DNA of 64,000 nucleotides from Alphaproteobacteria bacterium (GTDB lineage Bacteria; Pseudomonadota; Alphaproteobacteria; SP197): NCBI GenBank assembly GCA_964291415.2, contig OZ219920.1, forward strand, positions 64,001 to 128,000. Direction: 5' to 3'. The translations under genes and the position numbers were made by a program. The notes under the pieces are model-generated. The model made no database searches and was not told the DNA's origin. It saw nothing but the letters and a program-made list of their open reading frames with translations. Shown here piece by piece: positions 28,777 to 39,102 of the stretch (position 1 is the first letter of the stretch; every line of letters starts with the position of its first letter).

Positions 28777-29361
28777 TCAGCGTGCGGATTTGACCGCAAT
28801 GGCCAGACCGGTACTCCAGTCCATCTCGACCACCATGCAGTCCGGCCGCTGATTCAGTGAGGTCAGCAGTCCGGCGACCCTTTCGCCATGACCTTCGGGC
28901 CAGTTTCCTTGCGGCTGCATGTCGTCAATGACATAGATGCCACCGGTCTTCAGACGGTCCCAGACGGTCGCAAACTGCTCGTACTTGCCCGGGATGGCGT
29001 CGGCGAAAATCAGGTCGAACGACAGATGTCTGTTGGCTGCCAGCCATCCGATGGCATCTGCGACGACAAACCGCACTCTCGGATCGTCGCCCAGGTAGCG
29101 CTGGGCCACGCCCACCACATCGCGTTCTGTGTCGATCGTATGGAGCAACGAGGCGCTGTCCATGCCGTCCAGCAGCCAGGCTGTGGCAAGCCCCGTGCCG
29201 GTTCCGATCTCGAGAAACCGGCCCGCCGGCTTGCCGGCGGCCAGAACGCGCAACAGAGCCCCGGTGTCGCGCTCGGAGGCCAGGTCAAAACCCAGCCTGG
29301 CGGTCGCCTCCTCGATCGCCGCGAGCTGTGCGGGCGGCCGCATGCAGGTGTTCTCGTGCAT
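28777..29361 (-). CDS. Class I SAM-dependent O-methyltransferase
   Basis: LEIGTGTG, FDLIFADA.PGK, GGIYVIDD. Confidence 0.85.
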   Translation of the reverse strand: MHENTCMRPPAQLAAIEEATARLGFDLASERDTGALLRVLAAGKPAGRFLEIGTGTGLATAWLLDGMDSASLLHTIDTERDVVGVAQRYLGDDPRVRFVVADAIGWLAANRHLSFDLIFADAIPGKYEQFATVWDRLKTGGIYVIDDMQPQGNWPEGHGERVAGLLTSLNQRPDCMVVEMDWSTGLAIAVKSAR

Positions 29362-29652
29362 TGCGAACTCCACGGTCTTCGGGAGGTTTCGCCGCTCCGG
29401 TCAGAAGCTCCCTGGAACAGGCAAGGGGCTTTCCCAAACCTGTTGCAAAACCCCGAACCGCAATAGTGCCGATGAGACCGCCCTTGGGAAGGTGTCCGCA
29501 CGCGTTCATGGTCCTTTCCCACGGTCGTCCGGATCTGCACCGATGTCGCTGGCTCGCGCAGCCCCGTGACCCGAAACGCCCGTCTCCCGTTGATCGAGTC
29601 GCCGCCGGCCGCGGGCCGCACTATAGTCAGCGCATCCACCGGGGGAATGCGA

Positions 29653-30591
29653 ATGGCCGCGCTCATCACTTTCGAGAGATCCGCCGCTCCCGCCGTTGTG
29701 GCCGAAGCGATCGCCGAGCAGGGCTACGCCATCATCCACGACATGCTTGACGCTGACAGCCTTGCCCGTCTGCGCGGCGAGCTCGAGCCGCTGATCGCCG
29801 CGACGCCGGCCGGTCACGAGGCCTTCATGGGCATGAAGACCGTCCGTTTCGGCTGCCTGCTGGCGCGCTGCGAACAGGCGCGGGTCATGGCGCTCGACCC
29901 GATGCTGCTGGATGTCGTGGAGGGCTTCCTCGGATCCTTCTGCGCTCGGATCCAGATCAACTACACGGGCGTGATGCATCTCCTTCCGGGAGAGATGGCG
30001 CAGGTCGTCCACCGGGACACCGGGCTCTATCCATTCCAGAGTCCGTCCCCGCCTCTGATCTGCGCGACCATGTGGGCCGTGACGGACTTCACACGCGACA
30101 ACGGCGCGACCTGGCTGGTGCCCGGAAGCCATCTCTGGGAAGAGGGGCGAACGCCGGTCGAGAGCGAGGTCGTGCAGGCCGAGATGCCCGCGGGCTCGTT
30201 GCTGCTCTACAGCGGGGCGGTCTTTCACGGCGGCGGCGCGAATCGCTCGAACGCGGCGCGCACCGGCTGCGCCATCCAGTTCTCGCTCGCCTGGCTGCGC
30301 CAGGAGGAGAACCAGTACATGGCCTGTCCACCCGATCTGGCCCGGACCTTCCCAAGGCGGCTCCAGGAGTTGATCGGCTACGATCTCGGCGCCGTGAACC
30401 TCGGCTTTGTCGACCACAAGCACCCCAACGAGGTGCTCAACGGCACGGCGGGCGACGGTCCCGGCGATCTGGGTCCCGAGGAGCTCCATGGGCGCGAGAA
30501 GCGCACGAACAAACTCAAAGTGGCAAGCTGGGCTCCGATGAACCGCAAGCGAGTCCGTCTCGACGCCGACATCGTGCAGGGCGGCGGCTAG
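29653..30591 (+). CDS. Phytanoyl-CoA dioxygenase (PhyH) family Fe/2OG enzyme
   Basis: QVVHRD, MWAVTDFTRDNGAT.LVPGSH, HGGGAN, WLRQEENQY. Confidence 0.9.
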   Translation: MAALITFERSAAPAVVAEAIAEQGYAIIHDMLDADSLARLRGELEPLIAATPAGHEAFMGMKTVRFGCLLARCEQARVMALDPMLLDVVEGFLGSFCARIQINYTGVMHLLPGEMAQVVHRDTGLYPFQSPSPPLICATMWAVTDFTRDNGATWLVPGSHLWEEGRTPVESEVVQAEMPAGSLLLYSGAVFHGGGANRSNAARTGCAIQFSLAWLRQEENQYMACPPDLARTFPRRLQELIGYDLGAVNLGFVDHKHPNEVLNGTAGDGPGDLGPEELHGREKRTNKLKVASWAPMNRKRVRLDADIVQGGG

Positions 30592-30759
30592 AACTGCACT
30601 CCTCGTGCGTGGCCATGTCGCAGCCTTCGCGGCATGACCCATGAAAGGGTACCGTTCGACGGAACTCCACCGGTTGTCGGACGCCAGTCCACGCGAGGCG
30701 AGGCCGGTCTGGTCTGGATCAGGCGGCGCCCTGCTGTTCCTGGAGCGGACGCCCGCCCG

Positions 30760-32019
30760 CTAGTCCCGGTGCGGCCGGGCGGCAATCTCCCGCGCGGCCC
30801 GGATGCCGGAGTAATAGGCGCCGTGACAGGTTCCCTGTCCGCCCACCATGGTGGCTTCGCCGGCGAAGAAGAGGCGGTCGCCGACGGTGCGCGCCAGGTG
30901 TTCGCGCTGGTGCGCCTGTCCGGGCCGTGCGCAAGCCCACGAGCCCCGTGTCCAGGGATCCGTGCTCCAGGCGGTGGTGATGGTCCGCACGACGTGTTCG
31001 CGTATGCCGTTGCCGAACACTTCGGCCACCCTGTCCACGGCGAAGTCCTGGCAGGCCTGCGGGCCCTGCCTCTCGAGCCAGACCGCGTGCCGGCCGCCGA
31101 CGAAGACGGCAGCAACGTTGAGACCCATGGCGCTGGCGTCGATCTTTGCCGTGGCGCCGTCGCGATTCCAGAGCGTGTAGTGGCCGCGTCCCCCGTCTCC
31201 GAACACGTCCGTGTCGAAGGCGACTCCCATCTTGTTCTCGGTGCCCATGGGCAGGCCAAGGACGGCTTCCTGCTTCCAGTCGGGCAGCGGCGGCCAAAAG
31301 CTGACCTCGCCGGAGCCCAGAATGCCGGTTGAAACCGTGCAGAGGGCGCGGCGCGCCGTCACGGTTCCCTTCGACGTTTCGACCGAAACACCGGCCCCCG
31401 ACCAGTCGATGCGCTCCGCGCGTGCATTGAGGGTGACCTCGACATCGGCACCCCACGCGGCGACCAGGCCGCCGTAGCCGCGCACGGCCGGGTAACCGAG
31501 CTCTCCGGTGGAACTGGCGAAGTCGGCGGCGGATACCTCGTCGGCATCCAGGCCCCAGGCCGTTGCGACGTTCTCCAGAAAGGGTGCCGCGTAAGTGTTC
31601 TCGATATCGATCACGTCGCTGATCGCGACATCCGGACTGCTTCGGGCGGCCGCCGCAATGGCGCTGTGACATTCGACAAAGTAGCGACGGCAGGCGGTCC
31701 ATTCATCAGGAGTGAGCTCTGTGCCGTCTCGCACGAACCGGTGGTTTTCCGGTTTGTACGCATCGGCGGCGAATCTGCCGAGTTCGATGCCCAGATCATC
31801 GCCGATGTCGGCAAACGGGTTGCCGACCCCGGTGCCGAGCCAGGCGCAGCCCAGGTCGAACCACACATCCGGCATGATCTCCTCGGAGTAGGCTCGCCCG
31901 CCGATTCGATGCGATGCCTCGATGACCGTGCAGGAGACGCCGAGCCGGGCCAGTTCCTTCGCGGCCGCAAGCCCCGCCGCGCCTGCGCCAATGACAACGA
32001 CGTCCCGTTGCGTGGTCAT
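30760..32019 (-). CDS. Flavin monoamine oxidase family protein
   Basis: IGAGAAGL, EASHRIGGR, FDLGCAW, FFAGEAT, TCHGAYYSG. Confidence 0.9.
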   Translation of the reverse strand: MTTQRDVVVIGAGAAGLAAAKELARLGVSCTVIEASHRIGGRAYSEEIMPDVWFDLGCAWLGTGVGNPFADIGDDLGIELGRFAADAYKPENHRFVRDGTELTPDEWTACRRYFVECHSAIAAAARSSPDVAISDVIDIENTYAAPFLENVATAWGLDADEVSAADFASSTGELGYPAVRGYGGLVAAWGADVEVTLNARAERIDWSGAGVSVETSKGTVTARRALCTVSTGILGSGEVSFWPPLPDWKQEAVLGLPMGTENKMGVAFDTDVFGDGGRGHYTLWNRDGATAKIDASAMGLNVAAVFVGGRHAVWLERQGPQACQDFAVDRVAEVFGNGIREHVVRTITTAWSTDPWTRGSWACARPGQAHQREHLARTVGDRLFFAGEATMVGGQGTCHGAYYSGIRAAREIAARPHRD

Positions 32020-32203
32020 CCCATGCCTCCCGAACCCTCCCGGGCTAAGGCCGTGGGAACAGGATACGCCTCCTCGTGGGAACTCAGACTAGCGTATGCG
32101 TTGCACTCGAACATGACCCGCTCTCCTCGATATGGCTCTGTACCCATGGGCTCCTCTCCTCGAGCAGAATCCACGAGCCTTGAGGCCAGGGCATGTCCAT
32201 TCA

Positions 32204-32845
32204 TCACGTCTGGAGGACTCGCCAGATCCAGCAGCGATGGCGGATGTGAGGCTCCGACGCGATGGAGGCAAAGGGCTCGCCGGTTTCTACCAGGGTCCAC
32301 GAGCCTGAGTCGGCAAGAATCCTCTGGCGCGTCGCGAAGTCGTCCGGTTCGACATCCGATCGCAATGTGTAGAGAACAAGGCCGTTCGGTCGCGTGATGC
32401 GGACCAGCTCGTCAAGCGCTGATGCCGGTGCATGGTTGGGGGTGAACACCCCGCACGCCGTCACGGCATCGAAGGTGTTGGAGGCATACGGGAGCCGCTT
32501 GCCGAGGTCCATCACCTGGCAGTCCTCGTAGATGCCCTTGCGACGAGCAACCTCCAGCATGCCCGGCGAGAGATCGTTCGCCACCATCCGGGTGAATCCG
32601 TGGGCCGCGAGGCGCTCACCCAGCATCCCGGTGCCGGCGCCGGCATCGCAGAGAAGGACGTCGGGGGAAACGTGGCGAACGACTGCCTTCGCCAGTTCGA
32701 CGTGACCGCTCCAGCCGACGTCATCATTCATGGCCTCGTCGTAGACCTCGGCGGCTTCATCGTAGCGCTCGGTCAGCTGACGTTGGTCCCTGGCCTGATA
32801 GAAGCGGTTGGGATCAGCACTCGCATGCGCGCGTCGGACGGTCAT
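32204..32845 (-). CDS. Class I SAM-dependent methyltransferase (METTL27-like)
   Basis: DAGAGTG, DLSPGMLEVA, FDAV, ELVRITRPNG. AAGGAG RBS. Confidence 0.85.
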   Translation of the reverse strand: MTVRRAHASADPNRFYQARDQRQLTERYDEAAEVYDEAMNDDVGWSGHVELAKAVVRHVSPDVLLCDAGAGTGMLGERLAAHGFTRMVANDLSPGMLEVARRKGIYEDCQVMDLGKRLPYASNTFDAVTACGVFTPNHAPASALDELVRITRPNGLVLYTLRSDVEPDDFATRQRILADSGSWTLVETGEPFASIASEPHIRHRCWIWRVLQT

Positions 32846-33022
32846 GTGTACTCCTTCGAGACCTGGTGCGAGAAGTCTGGCGTAGGACGAGAACTTTGGA
32901 AATCGCCTATGCAACGCGTTCCGGCGAAGGAGCCGGAACCGCAGTGTGAGTCGGGCGCGCCTCCCATGCCCACCACCGCCGACAGGTTCGGCGCCACCAG
33001 CCGGGCCTCGAACATGATGCGT

Positions 33023-34123
33023 TCAGGGAGCGAGGGAGCGCAGAACGTCCTCGTCGATCGTCACGCCAAGTCCCGGCGCCTGGGGCAGGCTGGCCATGCC
33101 GTCCCGGATGACATAATCGCAGGTGGCGAACTCGGAGCCGAGTTCCAGGTAGTCGTAGTAGAGTTCCGCATGAATGGAGTTCGGCATGACCGCGCAGGTA
33201 TGAAGCATGGCGACAAACGCCACGGTCGTGCTGTTCCAGCAATGGGGCGAAATGAGCACCGAATGGGCGTCTGCCATGGCACCGATCTCGAGCATCGTCA
33301 CGATGCCGCCGGCCCCGGCAATGTCGGGGTTGAGGACGTCGGCTGCCCTCCTGTCGAGGAGGTTGCGGTAGTGGCGCACCCCCGCCTGGCGCTCGCCGGT
33401 GGTGATGCGCGAAGTCGTGAGGGCGCGGAACTCGGCCAGGCCGTCAAGGTCGTCCCCGGCGAGCGGTTCCTCGATCCAGAAGGGCGCGTAGGGCTCCAAC
33501 AGACGGGCGGCGCGAAGCGCGTGGCGACGGTCCTTCTGGACGGCGAAGTCGAGCATGATGTCGACGTCCCAGCCGACTGCTTCCCGGGTCAGGCGGACGC
33601 AGGTTTCGGCATCCTCCAGAGTGGGCTGGCGCAGGGGGTAGATCTTGACGGCGCCATAGCCTTGCGAACGCATCATTGCGCAACGCCCGGCAATGGCCTG
33701 AGGCGTCTGGACCGGCCCGTCCCAGGCATTGGCGTAGACCGGCACACGGTCGATGATGGCGCCGCCAAGCATCGCATGCACGGGCATCTGCGCCGATTGT
33801 CCGGCGAGGTCCCAGAGCGCGATCTCGATCGCGCTCGTCGCCGACGCATAGTCGATCCCGGGATGCTTGTAGGACATGGGCTCCACGACGTGACGCAGGA
33901 AGGCGCGCGGACTGGCGTGCGGCATCTGTTTCAGGGCCTCGCCCAGGGCGATGATGATCTCGCACGTTGCGGGTTCCCGGTAGGTGAGGGCATAGGCTTC
34001 GCCCCAGCCGGTGAGTCCCTCGTCCGTCTCCAGTTTCACGAACACCATGGTCTGGCCCTCGGACCAGCCATCCGAACTTGGCCTGGGACCGACCAGAAAC
34101 GGTGTCACGCTGACGATCTTCAT
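33023..34123 (-). CDS. Mandelate racemase/muconate lactonizing (enolase superfamily) dehydratase
   Basis: GWGE, EIALWDLAG, MLD, WIEEP, TGE, SPH, PGLGV. Confidence 0.9.
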   Translation of the reverse strand: MKIVSVTPFLVGPRPSSDGWSEGQTMVFVKLETDEGLTGWGEAYALTYREPATCEIIIALGEALKQMPHASPRAFLRHVVEPMSYKHPGIDYASATSAIEIALWDLAGQSAQMPVHAMLGGAIIDRVPVYANAWDGPVQTPQAIAGRCAMMRSQGYGAVKIYPLRQPTLEDAETCVRLTREAVGWDVDIMLDFAVQKDRRHALRAARLLEPYAPFWIEEPLAGDDLDGLAEFRALTTSRITTGERQAGVRHYRNLLDRRAADVLNPDIAGAGGIVTMLEIGAMADAHSVLISPHCWNSTTVAFVAMLHTCAVMPNSIHAELYYDYLELGSEFATCDYVIRDGMASLPQAPGLGVTIDEDVLRSLAP

Positions 34124-34360
34124 CTGGAAACTCCCGGCTGACCTCGAACTCATCACGCGTCGGGCGCCAGCCCGATCAGGGACCTCGCCGCATCGGACGC
34201 GGATTTCCATAGTAGGAAGAAACGAATGACTGCGGAACTGCGGCAGCGTGCGCTCCTTCCAGCGGGCGAAGGGGCGCGATTGACGCGCCGGAAGGACATC
34301 GGCTAGTCTGCCAGCCATGTGCATGGAGGGGCGGGACCCCTCAGCCTAGGGGGCCGACCC

Positions 34361-34486
34361 ATGAAGATCGTCAATTCCCTGCGCTCGATGAAGAAGCGCC
34401 ACGCGAAGTGCCGCACCGTGCGCCGCAAGGGGCGCGTCTTCGTCATCAACAAGCAGAACCCCAGGTTCAAGGCACGCCAGGGTTGA
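34361..34486 (+). CDS. rpmJ: 50S ribosomal protein L36, type B (Zn-independent)
   Basis: Missed by the ORF track: [41 protein letters not shown] (41 aa). Confidence 0.97.
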   Translation: MKIVNSLRSMKKRHAKCRTVRRKGRVFVINKQNPRFKARQG

Positions 34487-34529
34487 AGAGCCACGGCCAC
34501 GCGGTTGCCGGAGTCCGCGGACATCTGAC

Positions 34530-36023
34530 ATGACGATCGCCATGCCGCAGCCCGATCAGGGGGTTCTTGCGGCCCGCGACGGATTTCTCGGCGAACTCGC
34601 AACCATTGTTCCGCCCGACAACCTGGTTACCGATGAGGCCGGTCTGAAGACCTACGAATGCGACGGTCTGTCCGCCTATCGGGAGCTTCCCCTCGCGGTT
34701 GCCCTGCCGGAGACCACCGCAGAAGTGGCGCGCATTCTCGAACTGTGCCGGCGCCACCGCGTCAAGGTGGTGCCCCGAGGTTCGGGAACGGGTCTGTCCG
34801 GTGGTGCGCTGCCGCTCAGGGACGGACTCCTCCTCGGGCTCGGAAAGTTCAATCGCATCCTCGATATCGACTACGCCAACCGCTGCGTGACCGTGCAGCC
34901 GGGTGTGACCAACCTCGCCATCTCGCAGGCAGTGGACCATCGCGGATTCTACTACGCGCCTGATCCGTCGAGTCAGCTCGCCTGTTCGATCGGCGGCAAT
35001 GTCGCCGAGAACTCGGGCGGGGTGCATTGTCTGAAATACGGTGTGACGACCAACAATCTCCTCGGCCTCGAAATCGTGCTGATGTCCGGCGACGTCGTCA
35101 GGATTGGTGGCAAGTACATGGACAGCGACGGGTATGATCTGCTCGGTATCGTCACCGGATCGGAGGGGCTGCTCGGTGTCATCACCGAGGTGACCGTGCG
35201 CATCCTCCCCAAGCCTGCCTCCGTGAGTACCCTTCTCATCGGCTTCGATGGTCTCGTTCCGGCAGGCGAATGCGTGGCGGGAATCATCGCTTCGGGCATC
35301 ATTCCGGCAGGCCTCGAGATGATGGACAGGGCCGCGGTGCACGCCACCGAGGAATTCTGCAAGGCAGGGTATCCTCTCGATGTCGAGGCCCTGCTGATCT
35401 GCGAACTCGACGGTCCCGGGCCGGAAGTCGGCGAGCTTGCCCGCAGGGTCGAGACGATCGCAGGAGATCTCGGGGCGCGCGTCATCAGGAGGGCGGCCAG
35501 CGAGGAAGAAAGGGAACGCTTCTGGCTGGGGCGCAAGTCGGCCTTTCCTGCGGTGGGCCGGATATCGCCCGATTACTATTGCATCGACGGCACCATCCCG
35601 CGGAGACGATTGGCGGAGGTCCTGACGCGCATGGAGGATCTGTCTGCGCGCCATGGCCTCGGGGTGGTCAATGTCTTTCATGCCGGCGACGGCAACCTTC
35701 ATCCCCTGATCATGTACGACATCGACAAGCCGGGCGATCTGGAAAGGGCGGAGGCTCTCGCCCGCGACATCCTGACCCTGTGTGTCGAGGTCGGTGGTGT
35801 CCTGAGCGGAGAGCACGGGATCGGCGTCGAGAAGCGCGATCTCATGGGGACCATGTTTTCGGATGCGGACCTCAAGCAGCAGCAGAGGGTGAAGTGCGCC
35901 TTTGATCCTGATGGACTGCTCAATCCGGGGAAGGTGTTCCCCGTTCTCCACCGGTGCGCCGAACTCGGACACATGCATGTCCACAGGGGTGAGGTGCCCT
36001 TTCCCGATCTTCCGCGGTTCTGA
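34530..36023 (+). CDS. glcD: Glycolate oxidase subunit GlcD
   Basis: PRGSGTGLSGGA, APDPSSQ.ACSIGGNVAENSGG, FHAGDGNLHP, SGEHGIG. Confidence 0.95.
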   Translation: MTIAMPQPDQGVLAARDGFLGELATIVPPDNLVTDEAGLKTYECDGLSAYRELPLAVALPETTAEVARILELCRRHRVKVVPRGSGTGLSGGALPLRDGLLLGLGKFNRILDIDYANRCVTVQPGVTNLAISQAVDHRGFYYAPDPSSQLACSIGGNVAENSGGVHCLKYGVTTNNLLGLEIVLMSGDVVRIGGKYMDSDGYDLLGIVTGSEGLLGVITEVTVRILPKPASVSTLLIGFDGLVPAGECVAGIIASGIIPAGLEMMDRAAVHATEEFCKAGYPLDVEALLICELDGPGPEVGELARRVETIAGDLGARVIRRAASEEERERFWLGRKSAFPAVGRISPDYYCIDGTIPRRRLAEVLTRMEDLSARHGLGVVNVFHAGDGNLHPLIMYDIDKPGDLERAEALARDILTLCVEVGGVLSGEHGIGVEKRDLMGTMFSDADLKQQQRVKCAFDPDGLLNPGKVFPVLHRCAELGHMHVHRGEVPFPDLPRF

Positions 36024-36028
36024 CCGCC

Positions 36029-37246
36029 ATGACCGGGACAACCTTTCACCCGGTGGATGAGAAGGAACTCGCCGGCCTTGTGGCCTGGGCCGCCTCCGAT
36101 GGAGTGCCTCTGGAGATCATCGGCAGCGGGAGCAAGCGGGGACTGGGTCACGCCATCGCCGCGGACCATGTGGTCGACATGTCTGAGCGCGCCGGAATCG
36201 TCGACTACGAACCAGCCGAACTGGTACTCACGGTGGAAGCGGGAACCACGCTCTCCACGATCGAGACACATCTCGGGGAGGCGAACCAGCAGATGGCCTT
36301 CGACCCCCCGGATTACGGTCCCCTGCTGGGCCATCCGGCGGCCAGGGCGACCATTGGCGGAATCATGGCCGGCAACCTCTCGGGGCCGCGGCGGGTCAGC
36401 GCCGGGGCTGCGCGCGATCATGCACTGGGCCTGGAGGCGGTGACCGGCCGGGGCGAGGTGATCCGGGCTGGCGGCCGCGTGATGAAGAACGTGACCGGCT
36501 ACGATGTCACCAGATTGCTGTGTGGATCCTGGGGTACGCTGGCGGTCATCACCCGGCTTTCGATCAAGGTCCTGCCGGCACCCGAAAAGACCCGCACCCT
36601 CCTTGTCACGGGCCTGACGCCTTCCGCGGGCTGTCGGGTCATGGATGAGGTTCTTGCCTCGCCGCATTGTGTCTCGGCAGCCGCCTGGCTGCCGGCCGAC
36701 ATGGCGTCGAAGTCAGCCGTCGGTTACGTTTCGTCACCAGGAGCCGCGGTCACGGCGGTGCGGATCGAGGGGCCCCCGGCATCGGTACTCGCCCGCCATG
36801 ACAGTCTGCGGTCCATGCTTGCCACGCATGGACCGGTGGAGGAACTTCATGGCCGCAATTCCGGAGTGCTCTGGAAGGAGGTGCGTGACGTGGCAGCCTT
36901 CGTGGAACCCGAGGCTGCTGTCATGCGCCTGTCGGTGCCGCCGGCTTCGGGCGCCGCTGCCTGCGATCGCGTCACGGCGGCAGGCGGTCAGGCCTTTCTC
37001 GACTGGGGTGGGGGACTCGTCTGGTGCGCGTTCAAACCATCGCCGGTGACAGCCGCGGCCATCAGGGACATTGCGACGGGCCTTGACGGTCACGCGACGC
37101 TCATCCGGGCTGGCGAGGAACTCAAGGCCGAAGTGCCCGTCTTCCATCCCCAGCCGGCGGAGCGGCGCGGCCTCACCCGGCGCATTCGCGAAGGGTTTGA
37201 TCCTTGCGGCATCCTCAATCCCGGCCGCATGGGCATGGTGAACTAG
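36029..37246 (+). CDS. glcE: Glycolate oxidase FAD subunit GlcE
   Basis: YEPAELV, GGRVMKNVTGYD, GSWGTL, DWGGGL, FDP.GILNPGR. Confidence 0.95.
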   Translation: MTGTTFHPVDEKELAGLVAWAASDGVPLEIIGSGSKRGLGHAIAADHVVDMSERAGIVDYEPAELVLTVEAGTTLSTIETHLGEANQQMAFDPPDYGPLLGHPAARATIGGIMAGNLSGPRRVSAGAARDHALGLEAVTGRGEVIRAGGRVMKNVTGYDVTRLLCGSWGTLAVITRLSIKVLPAPEKTRTLLVTGLTPSAGCRVMDEVLASPHCVSAAAWLPADMASKSAVGYVSSPGAAVTAVRIEGPPASVLARHDSLRSMLATHGPVEELHGRNSGVLWKEVRDVAAFVEPEAAVMRLSVPPASGAAACDRVTAAGGQAFLDWGGGLVWCAFKPSPVTAAAIRDIATGLDGHATLIRAGEELKAEVPVFHPQPAERRGLTRRIREGFDPCGILNPGRMGMVN

Positions 37247-37250
37247 AGCG

Positions 37251-38519
37251 ATGCACACGGCGATCAGTCTCGCGGCCCTGGCGGATCCGCAGGTGAAGGA
37301 AGCGGAACGCGTTCTCAAGACATGCGTGCATTGCGGAATGTGTCTGGCGACGTGTCCGACCTATCTCCTCCTCGGTGACGAACGTGACAGTCCGAGAGGC
37401 CGCATCTACCTCATCAAGGGCATGCTGGAGAACGTGGAGCCTCCGCAGGACACCACGGTCCGCCACATCGACCGCTGTTTGACCTGTCTTTCCTGCATGA
37501 CGACGTGTCCGTCGGGGGTGAACTACAGGCACCTCGTGGACCATGCCCGCAGCCACATCGAGATGACCCATCGCCGCAGGCCCCTCGACAGGTGGCTGCG
37601 GCGTCTGCTGACGTGGGTTCTTCCGTCTCCCTGGCGGTTTCGCCTGGCGCTTGCCGGCGCTCTCGTCGTGCGGCCTGTGGCATGGATGCTGCCTGCACCG
37701 CTCCGAGGCATGGTCAGAATGGCGCCCGGTTCATTGCCGTCGCCCTCGTGGAGCGATGTCCCGGCGGTCCATCGCGCCCGTGGCGAACGCCGGACGAGGG
37801 TCGCCCTCCACACCGGCTGCGCGCAACAGGTCCTGGCGCCGCACATCAACGAGGCGACAATCCGGCTGCTCACCCGCCTGGGTTGTGAGGTGGTGGTGTC
37901 GCCCGGGGGCGGCTGCTGCGGTGCGCTCGTCCATCACCTGGGCCAAGTCGAGGATGCGAAGGCCGCGGCGCGGCGCAACATCGCCGCGTGGGAAGCGTCA
38001 GGCCCCCTCGATGCCGTGGTGAGCAACGCCTCGGGTTGCGGCAGCCAGCTCAAGGACTACGGCGGTCTTCTGGCTGATGATCCGGAGTGGGCCGAACGTG
38101 CCCGAGCAGTGGCCGCCAGGGTTGTCGATGTCGCGGAAGTCATCGAGCCGCTGCTCAAGCCGTCGCAACCGCCATCGCAGGCGCCCGGGATTGCCTGTCA
38201 TGTCCCCTGCTCCCTTCAGCACGGCCAGGGCCTTGGCGACCTTCCTGCCCGATTGCTGAGACGTTGCGGTTTCGTCGTGAAGGATATCGACGAGGGGCAC
38301 ATCTGTTGCGGATCGGCCGGCACCTACAATCTGCTGCAGGACGGGCTGTCGCGCCGCCTCCTGAAACGCAAGTGCGCTCACATCGCCGCTGCGGACGCCG
38401 ATGTCGTGGCCACCGGAAACATCGGCTGCATGGTGCAGATTGCCAGGGGCACGCCCCTGCCGGTGCGCCACACGGTGGAACTTCTCGACTGGGCCACCGG
38501 CGGGCCGCCTCCACAATGA
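37251..38519 (+). CDS. glcF: Glycolate oxidase Fe-S subunit GlcF
   Basis: CVHCGMCLATCPT, CLTCLSCMTTCPSG, CCG domains, CCGSAGTYN. Confidence 0.95.
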   Translation: MHTAISLAALADPQVKEAERVLKTCVHCGMCLATCPTYLLLGDERDSPRGRIYLIKGMLENVEPPQDTTVRHIDRCLTCLSCMTTCPSGVNYRHLVDHARSHIEMTHRRRPLDRWLRRLLTWVLPSPWRFRLALAGALVVRPVAWMLPAPLRGMVRMAPGSLPSPSWSDVPAVHRARGERRTRVALHTGCAQQVLAPHINEATIRLLTRLGCEVVVSPGGGCCGALVHHLGQVEDAKAAARRNIAAWEASGPLDAVVSNASGCGSQLKDYGGLLADDPEWAERARAVAARVVDVAEVIEPLLKPSQPPSQAPGIACHVPCSLQHGQGLGDLPARLLRRCGFVVKDIDEGHICCGSAGTYNLLQDGLSRRLLKRKCAHIAAADADVVATGNIGCMVQIARGTPLPVRHTVELLDWATGGPPPQ

Positions 38520-38530
38520 TGGTGAGGAAC

Positions 38531-39085
38531 ATGATACGCCTTCTGACGGGCCTCGTCGTTGCCGGACACCTTCTCCAGGCTGCGCCTCTTGGCGCGGCAC
38601 AGGATGATCCGCGACTGGATGCGCTGTTCACGCAGCTTCACGAGACCCTGGACGAACGCCTGGCGATGCAGCTCCAGCAGGAAATCTGGACAGTATGGCT
38701 GCATTCGGACGACCCGGAGCTCGCAGACCTGATGCGGGGCGGCAGGGTGCTCATGCTGCACGGCAATCACGCCGGAGCGGTCAGGGTGTTCAGCCGGCTG
38801 ATCGAACTGGCTCCGGACTTTGCCGAGGCATGGAACAAGCGGGCAACCGTCTTCTATCTCATGGGACGCCTGGATGACTCCATCGCAGACTGCATGCGGG
38901 TTCTCGAACTCGAGCCCAGGCACTTCGGCGCCCTCTCCGGGCTCGGACTGATCCACACGGCGCTTGGCGACCCTGAAACCGCGCTTTACTGGTTCCGGGA
39001 GGCCCTGAAGCAGAATCCTCACATGCCGGCCATCAGGGAGCGGGCGGACGATCTTGCCAACGAAGTCGAGGGCGAACCCATCTGA
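38531..39085 (+). CDS. Exported TPR protein
   Basis: Signal peptide; APDFAEAWNKRAT and EPRHFGALSGLG TPR repeats. Confidence 0.85.
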   Translation: MIRLLTGLVVAGHLLQAAPLGAAQDDPRLDALFTQLHETLDERLAMQLQQEIWTVWLHSDDPELADLMRGGRVLMLHGNHAGAVRVFSRLIELAPDFAEAWNKRATVFYLMGRLDDSIADCMRVLELEPRHFGALSGLGLIHTALGDPETALYWFREALKQNPHMPAIRERADDLANEVEGEPI

Positions 39086-39102
39086 TTCCGCCCGACTCTC
39101 GC

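Noticed and set aside
29420-29460. CCTGTTGCAAAACCCC as an IS terminal repeat
   Set aside because: No partner end or transposase fragment found nearby.
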